64,000 nt of DNA. It comes from Deltaproteobacteria bacterium (GTDB taxonomy: Bacteria > Myxococcota_A > UBA9042). Position 1 is the first letter of the stretch; each line of letters starts with the position of its first letter. The notes beneath the pieces are model-generated. The model saw only the letters and a program-made list of their open reading frames with translations. It was not told the DNA's origin and ran no database searches. The translations under genes and the position numbers were made by a program. The DNA is taken from NCBI GenBank assembly GCA_020632665.1, contig JACKFC010000008.1, forward strand, positions 71,557 to 135,556, written 5' to 3'. Below are positions 46,602-56,526 of the stretch, piece by piece.

Positions 46602-48290
46602 ATGACGATCGCCCGCGCACTGCTGCTCCTCACGCTGGTGGCGATCGCCGTGCCGGCGCACGCCTTCACCCTGCTCACGACCAAATCCGGCGTGCCCAAG
46701 GTCTGGCACAAGAACACGCTGCAATACCGCACGGTCTTCGACGTCGCGGCGCCCGAGCCGGCTGCGAGCGAAGGCTCGCCGATCGGCGATCGCATCCACG
46801 AGTCGATGCAGCCGTGGTCCGAGACGACCTGCGACAAGGGCGGCGACAAGGTCAGCGTCGCCATCGGCTTCGAGAAGACCGCCGCCGCCGAAGTCGCGAC
46901 CTGCCCCGAGAAGGACGATATGATGGTCTGCGCCGGCGGCGACGGCGTGGTCCGCGTCATCTCCGACGAAGCCAAGTGGCCAATCACCGACCTGACCGTC
47001 GGCTACACCCTGCTCTCGAGCAGCGGCGAGACCGGCCAGAATTCGCGCTTCGTATTGCTGCTCAACGACGCCAACTACGACTTCTGCGACACCAGCTGTG
47101 ACGGCACCGCCTTCGATCTGCGCACCGTCGTCTTGCACGAGGCGGGGCACGTCCTCGGCCTCGACCACAGCTCGTTCTCCTCGGCGGTGATGGCGGCGGG
47201 CCGGACCCCGGCAGAGATCTTGCGCAGCCCGCAAGCCGACGACCTCGCCGGCCTGTGCACCGTCTACCCGACCGGCGCCGAGCCCGAAGAGGACGGCGGC
47301 ATCTGCAGCGCCGGTCGCACCGGTCGGCCTGGGACGCTGCTGCTGCCCCTGCTCCTCGCCGCGGTCGCCCTGCTCCTGCGTCGGCGGATGGTGAGCGGCG
47401 GGGCCGGCGTCGCGCTGCTGCTGCTGCTGATCGTCACGCTGCCCGAGCCGGCGTCGGCCTATACGCTCGCCCGCAGCGCTTCGGGTGCGCACCAACGCTG
47501 GGCGGTCGCCAATATCGCTTGGGATATCGACGATCGCGGGCTGCGCGCCCAAGGCGTCGACGACGCCAGCACCGAGCAGGCGCTGCGGCAGAGCTTCGCG
47601 GCGTGGGAAGCCGTGCAATGCGAGCTCTGCCACGACCCGAAGAGCCCGGCCTGTGCGCCGGTGGCGTGCGGCGCGAACGGGCTCGGCGTCGCATTCGCGT
47701 TCGACGGCTGGAAGGCGGCCCGCGCGCCCGGTCTCGGCTGCGCGGTGCGCTGGGGCGGCGCGCCGTGCAGCGGTGTGCCCGACGGCAATCAGGTGCTCTT
47801 CGTCTACGACAAGGCAGCGTGGCCGGTGGCGAGCCACGTGATCGCGCTGACGCTGGTGGCCGCCGACAAGGCCAGCGGGCAGATCGGCGACGCCGATATC
47901 CTGGTCAACACCGCGCACAAGACCTTCTGCATCGCGCCGGCCTGCGAGCTGGGCCAGTACGACCTGCAGAATACGGTGACCCACGAGGTCGGCCACTTGC
48001 TCGGTCTGGATCACAGCGAAGACAGCAGCGCGACGATGTACGGTGGCTCACCGCCGCAGGAGGTCAGCAAGCGTGCGCTCGCCGCGGACGATATCCTCGG
48101 CGTCTGCACCGCGTACCGCACGGTCTACGATGGCGAAGGCTGCCCCGCGGTGGAGCCGGACGGCTGCTGCGCGGCGCACGGCACCGGTGGCAACGTCGCG
48201 GCCGGCGCCGGCCTCGGAACTTCGGCGCTGGCGGCGGTCTCGATCCTGGCGATCGCTTTGCGCCGCAGCACGTCGCGGGACGCGGCTTGA
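46602..48290 (+). CDS. Tandem matrixin-type (metzincin) metalloprotease with internal and C-terminal MYXO-CTERM-like signals
   Basis: Two HExxHxxGxxH motifs (HEAGHVLGLDH, HEVGHLLGLDH), each domain followed by a Cys, hydrophobic and Arg-rich tail. Confidence 0.8.
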   Translation: MTIARALLLLTLVAIAVPAHAFTLLTTKSGVPKVWHKNTLQYRTVFDVAAPEPAASEGSPIGDRIHESMQPWSETTCDKGGDKVSVAIGFEKTAAAEVATCPEKDDMMVCAGGDGVVRVISDEAKWPITDLTVGYTLLSSSGETGQNSRFVLLLNDANYDFCDTSCDGTAFDLRTVVLHEAGHVLGLDHSSFSSAVMAAGRTPAEILRSPQADDLAGLCTVYPTGAEPEEDGGICSAGRTGRPGTLLLPLLLAAVALLLRRRMVSGGAGVALLLLLIVTLPEPASAYTLARSASGAHQRWAVANIAWDIDDRGLRAQGVDDASTEQALRQSFAAWEAVQCELCHDPKSPACAPVACGANGLGVAFAFDGWKAARAPGLGCAVRWGGAPCSGVPDGNQVLFVYDKAAWPVASHVIALTLVAADKASGQIGDADILVNTAHKTFCIAPACELGQYDLQNTVTHEVGHLLGLDHSEDSSATMYGGSPPQEVSKRALAADDILGVCTAYRTVYDGEGCPAVEPDGCCAAHGTGGNVAAGAGLGTSALAAVSILAIALRRSTSRDAA

Positions 48291-48309
48291 GCGTGGTCGG
48301 CTCGTCGGC

Positions 48310-48341
48310 TGGCACGGCGTCTGATTGGCACGGCGTCTGAT
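48310..48341 (+). repeat. Direct 16-bp duplication upstream of aroQ
   Basis: TGGCACGGCGTCTGAT at 48310-48325 and 48326-48341, running into TTGACA at 48341-48346. Confidence 0.85.
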
Positions 48342-48376
48342 TGACAAAGGCGAGCCGTCTGGCGGACAAGCGCGGC

Positions 48377-48841
48377 ATGCGGATCGACGTCGTCCAGGGC
48401 CCGAATCTCAACCTCCTCGGAGCCCGGCAGCCCGAGCACTACGGCGCGGCGACGCTCGACGCGATCCACGCCGCGATGCGCCGCCTCGCCGAGGAGCTCT
48501 CGACGGCGGAAGACTGCGTCGAATTGACGTTCTTTCAGTCGAACCACGAGGGCGAGTTGATCGACCGACTGCAGGCGATGGCGTCGGAGGTGGACGCTTT
48601 CATCCTCAACGCAGCCGGGTATACTCATACCAGCGTCGCGTTGCGTGACGCGCTGATCGCATCGGGGCGACCTGCGGTGGAAGTCCACCTCAGCAACGTC
48701 CACGCGCGCGAGCCGTTCCGGCACCGCTCGCTCCTCGCCGACGTGGCGAAGGGCAGCATCGTCGGACTGGGAGCGCGCGGCTATTTGCTCGCATTGCGAG
48801 CCTTGGTCGAAGAGCTGCGCGGGGTGCAGCTCCTGTCTTGA
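48377..48841 (+). CDS. aroQ: Type II 3-dehydroquinate dehydratase
   Basis: GPNLNLLG.R.P..YG, QSNHEGELID, NAAGYTHTSVAL, EVHLSNVHAREPFR. Confidence 0.96.
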   Translation: MRIDVVQGPNLNLLGARQPEHYGAATLDAIHAAMRRLAEELSTAEDCVELTFFQSNHEGELIDRLQAMASEVDAFILNAAGYTHTSVALRDALIASGRPAVEVHLSNVHAREPFRHRSLLADVAKGSIVGLGARGYLLALRALVEELRGVQLLS

Positions 48842-48872
48842 CGTCTGCACAGACCGCGTTTTCGAGGATTCG

Positions 48873-49436
48873 ATGTACGATACCAGTCAGTTCCGCAAGA
48901 GCCTCAAGATCGAGATCGACGATGTGCCGTGGCTCATGGTCGACTTCCAGCACGTCAAGCCCGGCAAGGGCTCGGCGATTGTGCGCACCCGCCTGAAGAA
49001 CATGATCACCGGCCAGGTCGTCGACAAGACCTTCCGCTCCGGTGACAAGGTCGGCGTGCCGGATCTGGAGGAGTTCGAGGCGACGTTCCTCTACCACGAC
49101 GGCGAGATGTTCCACTTCATGAACCAGAGCTCCTTCGAGCAGATCGCGCTCGACGAAGGTGCGGTGGGTGACGCGAAGAACTTCCTCGTCGAGCAGCTGC
49201 CGGTCAGCTTGCTGATGTTCCGCGGTCGGGCGATTGGCATCGACCTGCCGAACTTCATCGTCGCCGACATCACCTATTGCGAGCCCGCGGTGGCCGGCAA
49301 TACGGCGCAGGGCGCGACCAAGGGTGTCGAGATCACCACGGGCTACACGGTCCAGGTGCCGCTCTACATCACCGAGAGCGACCGGCTGAAGATCGACACC
49401 CGCACCGGCGAGTACGTCGAGCGCGTCAAGGAGTAG
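48873..49436 (+). CDS. efp: Translation elongation factor P
   Basis: HVKPGKGSA, TFRSGDK, VQVPLYI, IDTRTGEYVER. Confidence 0.97.
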   Translation: MYDTSQFRKSLKIEIDDVPWLMVDFQHVKPGKGSAIVRTRLKNMITGQVVDKTFRSGDKVGVPDLEEFEATFLYHDGEMFHFMNQSSFEQIALDEGAVGDAKNFLVEQLPVSLLMFRGRAIGIDLPNFIVADITYCEPAVAGNTAQGATKGVEITTGYTVQVPLYITESDRLKIDTRTGEYVERVKE

Positions 49437-49467
49437 GCTCGCCGATGCGGGGCTGCGAGGGGTCGCC

Positions 49468-51312
49468 GTGACCAGTCAGGTGGTCCAAAATCCGGCGAAC
49501 AGCCGAGCCGAGCGGCGGAAGAAATTCGCCGCGACGGTCGCGATTATCAAGGAGGACCCGCACGACGTGCGGGCCCGCCTTTCGGTGATCGAGCTGTTGC
49601 AGGAAGAGGGCCGCACCGACGAGGCCGTCCAAGAGATGATGCGCGTCGCCGCCGTCTATGCGCGGCGTGGCGTGCCGATCAAGGCGGTCGCGGTGATGCG
49701 CACCGCGGTCAAGCTGCGGCCCGAGCGCGCCGACGTCCGCATGGCGTACGGTGAGGTCTTCGAGAAGCTCAAGATGGTCGACGACGCGGCGCGCGAATTC
49801 CGCGCTGCGTGGGACCTCTTCCTGCAGCAGAACAACCTCGGCGGCGGGCTCGATGCGCTCGGCCACCTGCTGCAGCTCGACCCGGCTTTCGTTCCCGGCC
49901 ACGTCGTCTATGGCGAGGCCCTGGGACGCGCCGGGCGGGTCGAGCAGGCGGCCGAGGTCTTTCGCCGTTTGGCCGACCATTTGCTCTCGCTCGGCGCCAC
50001 CGCCGATTGGGAGAAGGTCGCCGAGCGCGCGGTCTTCTTCGATCCGTCCGATGTGACCTTGGCCCACGACCTGGCGCTGCACTACGTCCGCACCGGGCGT
50101 CACGCGGCGGCGTTGGCGAAGTTGATCGTCTGCTTCGAGGCGGAGCCGAACGACGGCGAGCTGACCGAGCTCATCGTCGAGGTACTCGAGGCGCTCGGCC
50201 AGCCCGAGCGCGCCGCGGCCTTGTTGCGCGTGCAGGTGGGTCGCTACCGCCGCGGTGGGTTGGAGAGGGAGGCCCAGACCGCGCTCGAGCGGCTGGCCGG
50301 CCTCGACCCCGACGACCCCGAGGCGCGCGCCGCCGTCGGCGCCGACGCCGGCGCGGTCGCTGCGGGCGCGGTGATCGCGTTGGCGCAGGAATCCGGCATC
50401 TATCCGGCGGTTCAGGTCGAAGAGGACGACGAGCCGGGCTTCGGCTCGGGGCCAGCTCCGAGCCGCCCCGCCGCGTCGCGGCCGCCGCCCGTGCCGGTCG
50501 CGGACGAGGCGCCGCCGCTGCCGGTCGCTGCGCTCGAGCCCGACTTCGGCTCGCGTGGTGGCGCGGCCTTCGAATCGCAGTCGTTCCCGATCGACTCCGA
50601 GGACTTCGGCAACGGCTTGCCGCTGCCCGTGGCGCGGGCCCCGGAGCCCGCTCCGGTCCGCAAGCGCGCAGAGTTCTCGGCCACCGCGCCGGAGCGGCCG
50701 AGTATGCGCCGCACAGTCTCGCGGCCGACGCTGACCCGGGTCGGCCAAGCCTCCGGCGGTCGCCCCGTCAGTGGCGCGTCGGCGACTGAGGCGCTCGATG
50801 CGACCGCGCCGTTGATCCCGATCCCCGAGCGCGCCGCTCCGCGCCTGCCGACCCGGCAGCGCGCGCCTTCGAGCGGCGTGGTGGTCGGCCGCGCCGACGA
50901 TGACGAGGCAGGGTTCGACGGGCCCGAGTCGGATCGGACCATCATCGACCCCTCGGTGCTCGCCGCGGTCCGCACGCTGGGCGAGGCGCCGTCGCTGGCG
51001 ATGCCGGCGTCGCGTCCGACCGAGCCGCAGCTCGAGCCACCCGCCGACCCGCGCGCGTCGCGCCCGCTGCTCAACGCGCGCCGCCGCAGCAACAACCTGC
51101 CCAGGCCCAAGCTCGTCCGCAGCAGCGCGACCAGTGGCGCCGAGCCGGCGGGCCGCAGCGTCAGCAACGACCTCAAGACGCTCGATTTCTTCATCGAGCG
51201 CGGCTTCTACGAGTCTGCCGTCGCGCTCTTTGCCGAACTGGAGCGCCGCCATCCGAACAGCGAGGAGCTGCGCGTGCGGTCCGCCCGCATCGCTGCGATG
51301 GCGAGGCGATGA
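49468..51312 (+). CDS. TPR-repeat protein with Pro-rich linker (possibly SgmX-like)
   Basis: N-terminal TPR-like helices (DPHDVRARL, KAVAVMRTAVKLRP), disordered middle, C-terminal TPR-like LDFFIERGFYESA. Confidence 0.7.
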   Translation: MTSQVVQNPANSRAERRKKFAATVAIIKEDPHDVRARLSVIELLQEEGRTDEAVQEMMRVAAVYARRGVPIKAVAVMRTAVKLRPERADVRMAYGEVFEKLKMVDDAAREFRAAWDLFLQQNNLGGGLDALGHLLQLDPAFVPGHVVYGEALGRAGRVEQAAEVFRRLADHLLSLGATADWEKVAERAVFFDPSDVTLAHDLALHYVRTGRHAAALAKLIVCFEAEPNDGELTELIVEVLEALGQPERAAALLRVQVGRYRRGGLEREAQTALERLAGLDPDDPEARAAVGADAGAVAAGAVIALAQESGIYPAVQVEEDDEPGFGSGPAPSRPAASRPPPVPVADEAPPLPVAALEPDFGSRGGAAFESQSFPIDSEDFGNGLPLPVARAPEPAPVRKRAEFSATAPERPSMRRTVSRPTLTRVGQASGGRPVSGASATEALDATAPLIPIPERAAPRLPTRQRAPSSGVVVGRADDDEAGFDGPESDRTIIDPSVLAAVRTLGEAPSLAMPASRPTEPQLEPPADPRASRPLLNARRRSNNLPRPKLVRSSATSGAEPAGRSVSNDLKTLDFFIERGFYESAVALFAELERRHPNSEELRVRSARIAAMARR

Positions 51313-52304
51313 AGCGCGATTTTGCGGCGTTGACGCCGCCGCCGATCGAGGCTGGCAGCACGACCGAGTTGACCCGCCGGGAAGAGGCGCTGGCGGAATC
51401 CGAACTCGAAGCAGCGCTCATCGACGCACGTCTGCGCGGCCGCGAGGCCGGCCTGGAGGCGCAGCGGCAGGCGCTCGAAGCGCGCGCCGGCTGGATCGAG
51501 GGTGTGGCCTCGACGTTGGAGCGTTTTCGCGCCGATCACGACGCCAACACGCGGAGCGAGCACTTGCACGGGTTGGGTGCGGGCCAGGCCAGGCAGGAGG
51601 CCGACCTGGACGCCTACGTCCGCCGCTCGTCGACGTTGATGCTGGCCCGTGCGGCGATGATCGCGACCCGCGAAGAGCTCCTCGCCCGCCGTCGGGCGCA
51701 GCAGCAGGGCCGTGGCCGCGAGATCGACGAGCTCGAGGCGGCGCTGGTCCGGGTCGAGGTTCGCCTGGCTGCGCGGGAGCGCTTGCTCCTCGCGGCGGTG
51801 CGCGAGCAAGAGGCGCTGGCCGCCCAGTTGGGGACCGACACGCCGCCGCTGCCGCCGCGTCCGGCTGCGGCGATCGAGGCCTCGCATCGGCACGCTCCGA
51901 CCGAGCCGATGACCGCCGCCGAGTCGCTGCAGCTCGACGCCAGCGCGATCCGCGTCGCCCGTCGCGCGTCGGGGGCCCACCGCGCGCCCCCGGTCCTCGA
52001 CATCCAGCCCGTGGTGGCGCCGCCAGCGAGCCTCTTCATCGGCCGCGAGGCGCTGGTCCGCGGCGATCTCGAGATCGATCCCAAGGGCCGCACCGTCCTC
52101 GCCTCCCTCTTCGCCCCGCCGTCGATCGGCGCGACCTTGGAGCTGCGCGGGCAAGATCCGAGCGCCGGCCCGCTGGCCCTGCCGGCCGTCGTGCGTCGGG
52201 TCATCCCCGGCGGCGACGGTGGCCCGTCGGCGGTGATCTTGGCGCCCACTGGTTGGGGGCAGGCCGATTGGCAGCGGCTCGACGCCCTGCTGCGGCAGCT
52301 CTGA
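51309..52304 (+). CDS. Hypothetical coiled-coil protein with C-terminal PilZ-like beta domain
   Basis: Glu/Arg/Ala/Leu-rich helical N-half; C-terminal PPSIGATLEL...LPAVVRRV; ATGA overlap. Confidence 0.55.
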   Translation: MKRDFAALTPPPIEAGSTTELTRREEALAESELEAALIDARLRGREAGLEAQRQALEARAGWIEGVASTLERFRADHDANTRSEHLHGLGAGQARQEADLDAYVRRSSTLMLARAAMIATREELLARRRAQQQGRGREIDELEAALVRVEVRLAARERLLLAAVREQEALAAQLGTDTPPLPPRPAAAIEASHRHAPTEPMTAAESLQLDASAIRVARRASGAHRAPPVLDIQPVVAPPASLFIGREALVRGDLEIDPKGRTVLASLFAPPSIGATLELRGQDPSAGPLALPAVVRRVIPGGDGGPSAVILAPTGWGQADWQRLDALLRQL

Positions 52305-52329
52305 TCTGCTGCATCGACCTGGATTGGGG

Positions 52330-53343
52330 CTAGAGCGTGTGCTCGAGGCTCGGCAGCGCCGCTGCGTCGGCGCCGAAGAGCGACTGCACCAGCGCGGCCA
52401 TATCGTCCGGCATCGCAGCGTGAAAGCGCATCATCTCGCCGCTGCTCGGGTGGTGGAAGCCGAGCGCGTAGGCGTGCAGGGCCTGGCGCTCGATCCGGCC
52501 GATCGCGGCGATCTCGGGGATGGTCGCCGGCGTCCGCGGGTGGTTGCGGACCCCGCCGTAGAGGACGTCGCCGACGATCGGGTGGCCGCGCTCGGCCAGG
52601 TGCATGCGGATCTGATGCGTCCGGCCGGTCTCGAGCGTGACCACGACCAAGCTCGCCATCGCCGAGCGGGCGCGGACGTAGACGTGCGACACCGCGCGCC
52701 GCTCGCTGCCCTCGCGCGTCTTGCCGCTGAAGCGCCGGCGGTCGCGCGGATGGCGGCCGTGCCCGCTCTCGACCGTGAAGCGCTCGGCCGCGATCTTGCC
52801 CAGCGCGACGGCGACGTAGCGGCGCTCGATGGTGTGCTTGGCGAAATCCGCGGCGAGCCGCGCGTGGGCGACCGGCGTCTTGCTCACCACCAACAGGCCG
52901 GAGGTATCTTTGTCGATCCGGTGCACCAACCCAGGGCGCTCCGGCGCGCCGACCTCGTCGAGCTCCGGCAGGTGCGCCAACAACGCGTTGACCAACGTCT
53001 CGTCCGGGTGTCCGGCACCCGGGTGGACCACCAATCCGGCCGGCTTGTCGATGACCAACAGGTCGTCGTCCTCGTAGACGATGGTCAGCTCGGCGTCGTG
53101 CCAAGGCTCGAGCTCCGAAGGCGGCGGCGGCTCGAGCCGAACCGTCACCTGCCAGCCTTCTTGCACCCGCAGCGCCGGCTTGAGCCGTCGCGCGGCGACC
53201 CCTTCGACCTGCACCCGCCCGGCGGCGATATGTTGCGCCGCACGGGCGCGGCTCAAGGCGTCGACCCGGGTCTGCAGCAGCGCGTCGAGGCGCATCCCGG
53301 CGGCGTCGGCGTCCACCGTGAGGTTGAAGATCTCCTCGTTCAT
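52330..53343 (-). CDS. rluD: RluA-family pseudouridine synthase (RluD-type)
   Basis: S4-like N-terminus, IDKPAGLVVHPGAGH, GLVHRIDKDTSG, ETGRTHQIR, QALHA. Confidence 0.92.
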   Translation of the reverse strand: MNEEIFNLTVDADAAGMRLDALLQTRVDALSRARAAQHIAAGRVQVEGVAARRLKPALRVQEGWQVTVRLEPPPPSELEPWHDAELTIVYEDDDLLVIDKPAGLVVHPGAGHPDETLVNALLAHLPELDEVGAPERPGLVHRIDKDTSGLLVVSKTPVAHARLAADFAKHTIERRYVAVALGKIAAERFTVESGHGRHPRDRRRFSGKTREGSERRAVSHVYVRARSAMASLVVVTLETGRTHQIRMHLAERGHPIVGDVLYGGVRNHPRTPATIPEIAAIGRIERQALHAYALGFHHPSSGEMMRFHAAMPDDMAALVQSLFGADAAALPSLEHTL

Positions 53344-56000
53344 TTGCCCGCTTTCTTCGCCTTGGCCATCCGGTGCACGCGCTGGATCAGGTTCTCGATC
53401 TTCTGCTTGCTCGCGTCGTCCTGCGCCGAGAGCTTGAGCTTGCCAAGCGTCTGCAGCAGCGGGCCCTCCTGGCTCGGATCGACGTCCATCGTGACGCCGG
53501 TCTCGTGCCACGCCTTCTTCCAATCGCCGGCCTGGGCGAGCGCCAGGGCGTAGGCGCGCTTGAGCGAGCCGTCGCCGCTGCCGGCCAGCGCTGCCGCCTG
53601 ACCGTAGGCCTTGGCCGCCTCGGCATGGTTGCCGGCCCGGGTCCAGGCCTCTCCGACCGACTTCCACCCGGCCAGCCGCGCCTTGTGCACGCGCTCGCCG
53701 TCACGCGCCCGCCGCTGCCGGGCGCCGGGCTGGCGATCGTCGATCTTGGCCGCCTGCACGTTGCGTACGCCGAAGGCGCGCACCTTGGCGACGTCGGCCC
53801 AGCGGCCCTTGGCTTCGTAGGCGCTCTCGAGGTTGTCGAGGAATTGCTTGTTCTGCCGGTGCCGCTCGAGGAAGGGCTCGAGCGCGGCGATCGTCTCGTC
53901 GAAGCGACGGGCCCGGTTCAGCCAGCGTGCGCGGGTGTTGAGCGCGTAGGCCTCGTCGGGCTTGAGCGCCAGCGCCGCGTCGAGCGCTTTCTGCATCTTC
54001 ACCTCGTCGCCGGCCTTCTGCGCGAAGAGCGCGAGGTTGACCCAGGCGTTGAGCAGGTTGGGGTAGAGCCGGAGCGAGCGCTCGATGGCGTCGATCGCCT
54101 TGGGCATATTGCCGAGCGAGTTGTGGCAGAGCCCCTCGATGAAGTGGTTCTGGAAGTCGTCGCCGTTGAGGGCGACCGCACGCTCGATCTCGATCAACGC
54201 CGCGCCGGCCTGGCCGCGCTTCTGCTTGCTGCGGGCGAATGTGAAGCCTTTCTCTGCTTCGAGTAGGCGGTCGTTCTCCCAGTGGACGAAGCCGACGCTC
54301 AGCACCGCCGCGACCAGCAGCGCGAGCAGCGCCCCGCCCTGCAGCGGCTGCGGCTGCGGCATCCGCGCCGACGCCGCTGTGCCGTCGTCATCGGCCTCGA
54401 AGACCTCGGGGTAGGCGTCCTCGTGCCGGCGCCGGACGAAGGCATACGCCGCGCCGATCACGCCGATGTGGACCAGGAAGAAGAAGGTCGGCGCCGGCAG
54501 CTGGAAGGGGAACGAGAGCAGCGCGTCGCCGCAGATCGCGATCAAGCCGGCGACCGAGGAGAGCGAGCCCAGCGCCATCCAGGCGACGTCGTCGCGCTGG
54601 CGCAGCCTTGGCCGACGCGAGAGCGCCAGCGTCCGCATCGAGAGCCACATCGAGACCAAGATCAGCGCCATGAAGCTGGCGAAGCCCTGGATGCCGTATT
54701 CGCTCCACAGCTGCAGGAAGTCGTTGTGCGCGCGGGTCGGCTGCTTGGCGATCGAGAAGTGGTCGTTGTCTTCGCGCTGGGTGACGTATTGCGGGAAGAG
54801 GACGCGCCAGTTGCCGGCGCCGCCGCCGAGCGGCTTGGCCTTGATCGCCTCCCAGGTCGAGGCCCACATCATCCGGCGCATCGCCCAATGCGAGTCTTCG
54901 GTGTCGCCGACGGTGCTGACCAAATCGACCATGCTCATCTTGCGCTTGCGGTCGCCGACGCCCTCGTCGAAGCGGGCCGAGAATCCGGCGTCGACCAGCA
55001 GCGCGCTGGCCAGCGCGATCGCGACCACGCCGCTCGCTCCCAGGCCGAGCACCAGCGGCGCGACCTTGCGGCCACCGCCGTCGCCGAGCTCGGCCTCTTC
55101 CGCGCCGTCGGATTTGTCGACGCTGCGGTGGCGCAACACGCCGATGGCGTACAGGCCCACCGCGATCATCAGGCCGAGCGCCGCGCCACCCCAGGCCGAG
55201 CGCGTGACCGAGAGGCGGAGGTAGTAGAGGAGCAGGAAGAGCAGGATATTGCCGGCGCTGCCGATGAGCAGCGCGCGCTGCACGCGATTCTCCCGCCACC
55301 AGCGCAGGCTCATCGCCAGCAGGACGTAGGCGCCCGGCATCACGCTCACGATCAGCTGCGCCGCCATGTTGCGGTTGCCGAAGGTCGAGCCGGGCGCGTT
55401 GATGCCGACCCAGCGGCGGGCGTCTTCCGGCAGCAGGCCGTCGATATTGTGGTGCTGCGCGATGCCGAAGATCGCGACCTGCACGCCGCCGAGCAGCATG
55501 CCGCCGACGACGTAGAGCAGCTGCCGCGGGGTGCGCACCGTGGAGATCGTCAGCAGGCCGATCAGCAGCGCCGCTGCCCAGCGGTAGGCGTCCATCTTGG
55601 CGAAGATCGAGAGCACGCCGCCGGTCTCGTCCGGGGCGAAGGCGACGCCCAGCGCGACCGAGGCGGCGAGGCCGACGATCGGCCACTTCAGCGGCGTGTT
55701 CTGCAGCCCCAGCGGCCGCTTGAGGAAGCCCATCGCCGCGACCGCGGCCAGCATCCACGCGGCGCAGACCGTCATCGCGAAGGTCTTGGGCAGCTGATAG
55801 AGGTCGCGGATTCCGACTTCGACCAACCGCGGCAGCAGCATCGCCGTCAGGCCGAGCACGATCGCCGGCAGGTCGTCGACGATCGATTGGTTCTGGATCG
55901 TCGGCGCCGCTGCGGTCTGTACCGGAGGCGCGGGCCGAATCGGCGTGCTCGGCGCGCTCGGCGCGTCGAAGGTCGGCTTGATGCGGTTCTTCTTGGCCAC
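53340..56000 (-). CDS. O-antigen ligase (Wzy_C)-family membrane protein with C-terminal TPR repeats
   Basis: Multiple TMs, STFGNRN, TRSAWGG, PLGGGAGNW, AHNDFLQLWSEYG; TPR-like C-terminus; probable GTG start at 56000. Confidence 0.82.
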   Translation of the reverse strand: MAKKNRIKPTFDAPSAPSTPIRPAPPVQTAAAPTIQNQSIVDDLPAIVLGLTAMLLPRLVEVGIRDLYQLPKTFAMTVCAAWMLAAVAAMGFLKRPLGLQNTPLKWPIVGLAASVALGVAFAPDETGGVLSIFAKMDAYRWAAALLIGLLTISTVRTPRQLLYVVGGMLLGGVQVAIFGIAQHHNIDGLLPEDARRWVGINAPGSTFGNRNMAAQLIVSVMPGAYVLLAMSLRWWRENRVQRALLIGSAGNILLFLLLYYLRLSVTRSAWGGAALGLMIAVGLYAIGVLRHRSVDKSDGAEEAELGDGGGRKVAPLVLGLGASGVVAIALASALLVDAGFSARFDEGVGDRKRKMSMVDLVSTVGDTEDSHWAMRRMMWASTWEAIKAKPLGGGAGNWRVLFPQYVTQREDNDHFSIAKQPTRAHNDFLQLWSEYGIQGFASFMALILVSMWLSMRTLALSRRPRLRQRDDVAWMALGSLSSVAGLIAICGDALLSFPFQLPAPTFFFLVHIGVIGAAYAFVRRRHEDAYPEVFEADDDGTAASARMPQPQPLQGGALLALLVAAVLSVGFVHWENDRLLEAEKGFTFARSKQKRGQAGAALIEIERAVALNGDDFQNHFIEGLCHNSLGNMPKAIDAIERSLRLYPNLLNAWVNLALFAQKAGDEVKMQKALDAALALKPDEAYALNTRARWLNRARRFDETIAALEPFLERHRQNKQFLDNLESAYEAKGRWADVAKVRAFGVRNVQAAKIDDRQPGARQRRARDGERVHKARLAGWKSVGEAWTRAGNHAEAAKAYGQAAALAGSGDGSLKRAYALALAQAGDWKKAWHETGVTMDVDPSQEGPLLQTLGKLKLSAQDDASKQKIENLIQRVHRMAKAKKAGK

Positions 56001-56124
56001 GATGGAACTCCGGCTGGGAGAGATCTCGACTTCGAGGGCCGAGAGGATACGCGCTGCGACGCATTTTCCGAAAGGGGCCGATAAGAGGGAAGGGAGCAAG
56101 GAGAGGGGAGCCGAAGGAGCCAGC

Positions 56125-56526
56125 ATGCACGTCGAATCGACCACCACCGCCGTGGCCCGCGCGCCCGTCGCGGTGCCCACCCTACTCGACCGCCTCGACG
56201 CCGCCGCCGCCAGCGCGCTGCGGTCCGAGCCCATCGCCTCGGGCCAAGTCGGCGCCGGTCTGCAGCTCTGCGAGGACCTTCTCGCGTTGCGCCAGGCGGA
56301 CCGGGCCGCCTACGAGACGGTGATCGCCGCGCGGCGGCCGTTGCTCGGCGTCTGGCTCTGGCGCCTGGCGCTCGCCGTCGCGGCGGCAGGCTGGCCCTCC
56401 GCCGGGCTGGAGCTGCTCGACGCGCTGCCCGGCGTCTTGGTCGACGGCGCCTGCCGCGAGGTGGTCGCGGCCGCCTTTCGGGAGCCTGCTGTGGCGCCGC
56501 TGCGGGCGGTCGGGGGTGGCCGATGA
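56125..56526 (+). CDS. Hypothetical protein (133 aa)
   Basis: AAGGAG RBS before ATG; ATGA overlap with downstream regulator. Confidence 0.55.
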   Translation: MHVESTTTAVARAPVAVPTLLDRLDAAAASALRSEPIASGQVGAGLQLCEDLLALRQADRAAYETVIAARRPLLGVWLWRLALAVAAAGWPSAGLELLDALPGVLVDGACREVVAAAFREPAVAPLRAVGGGR

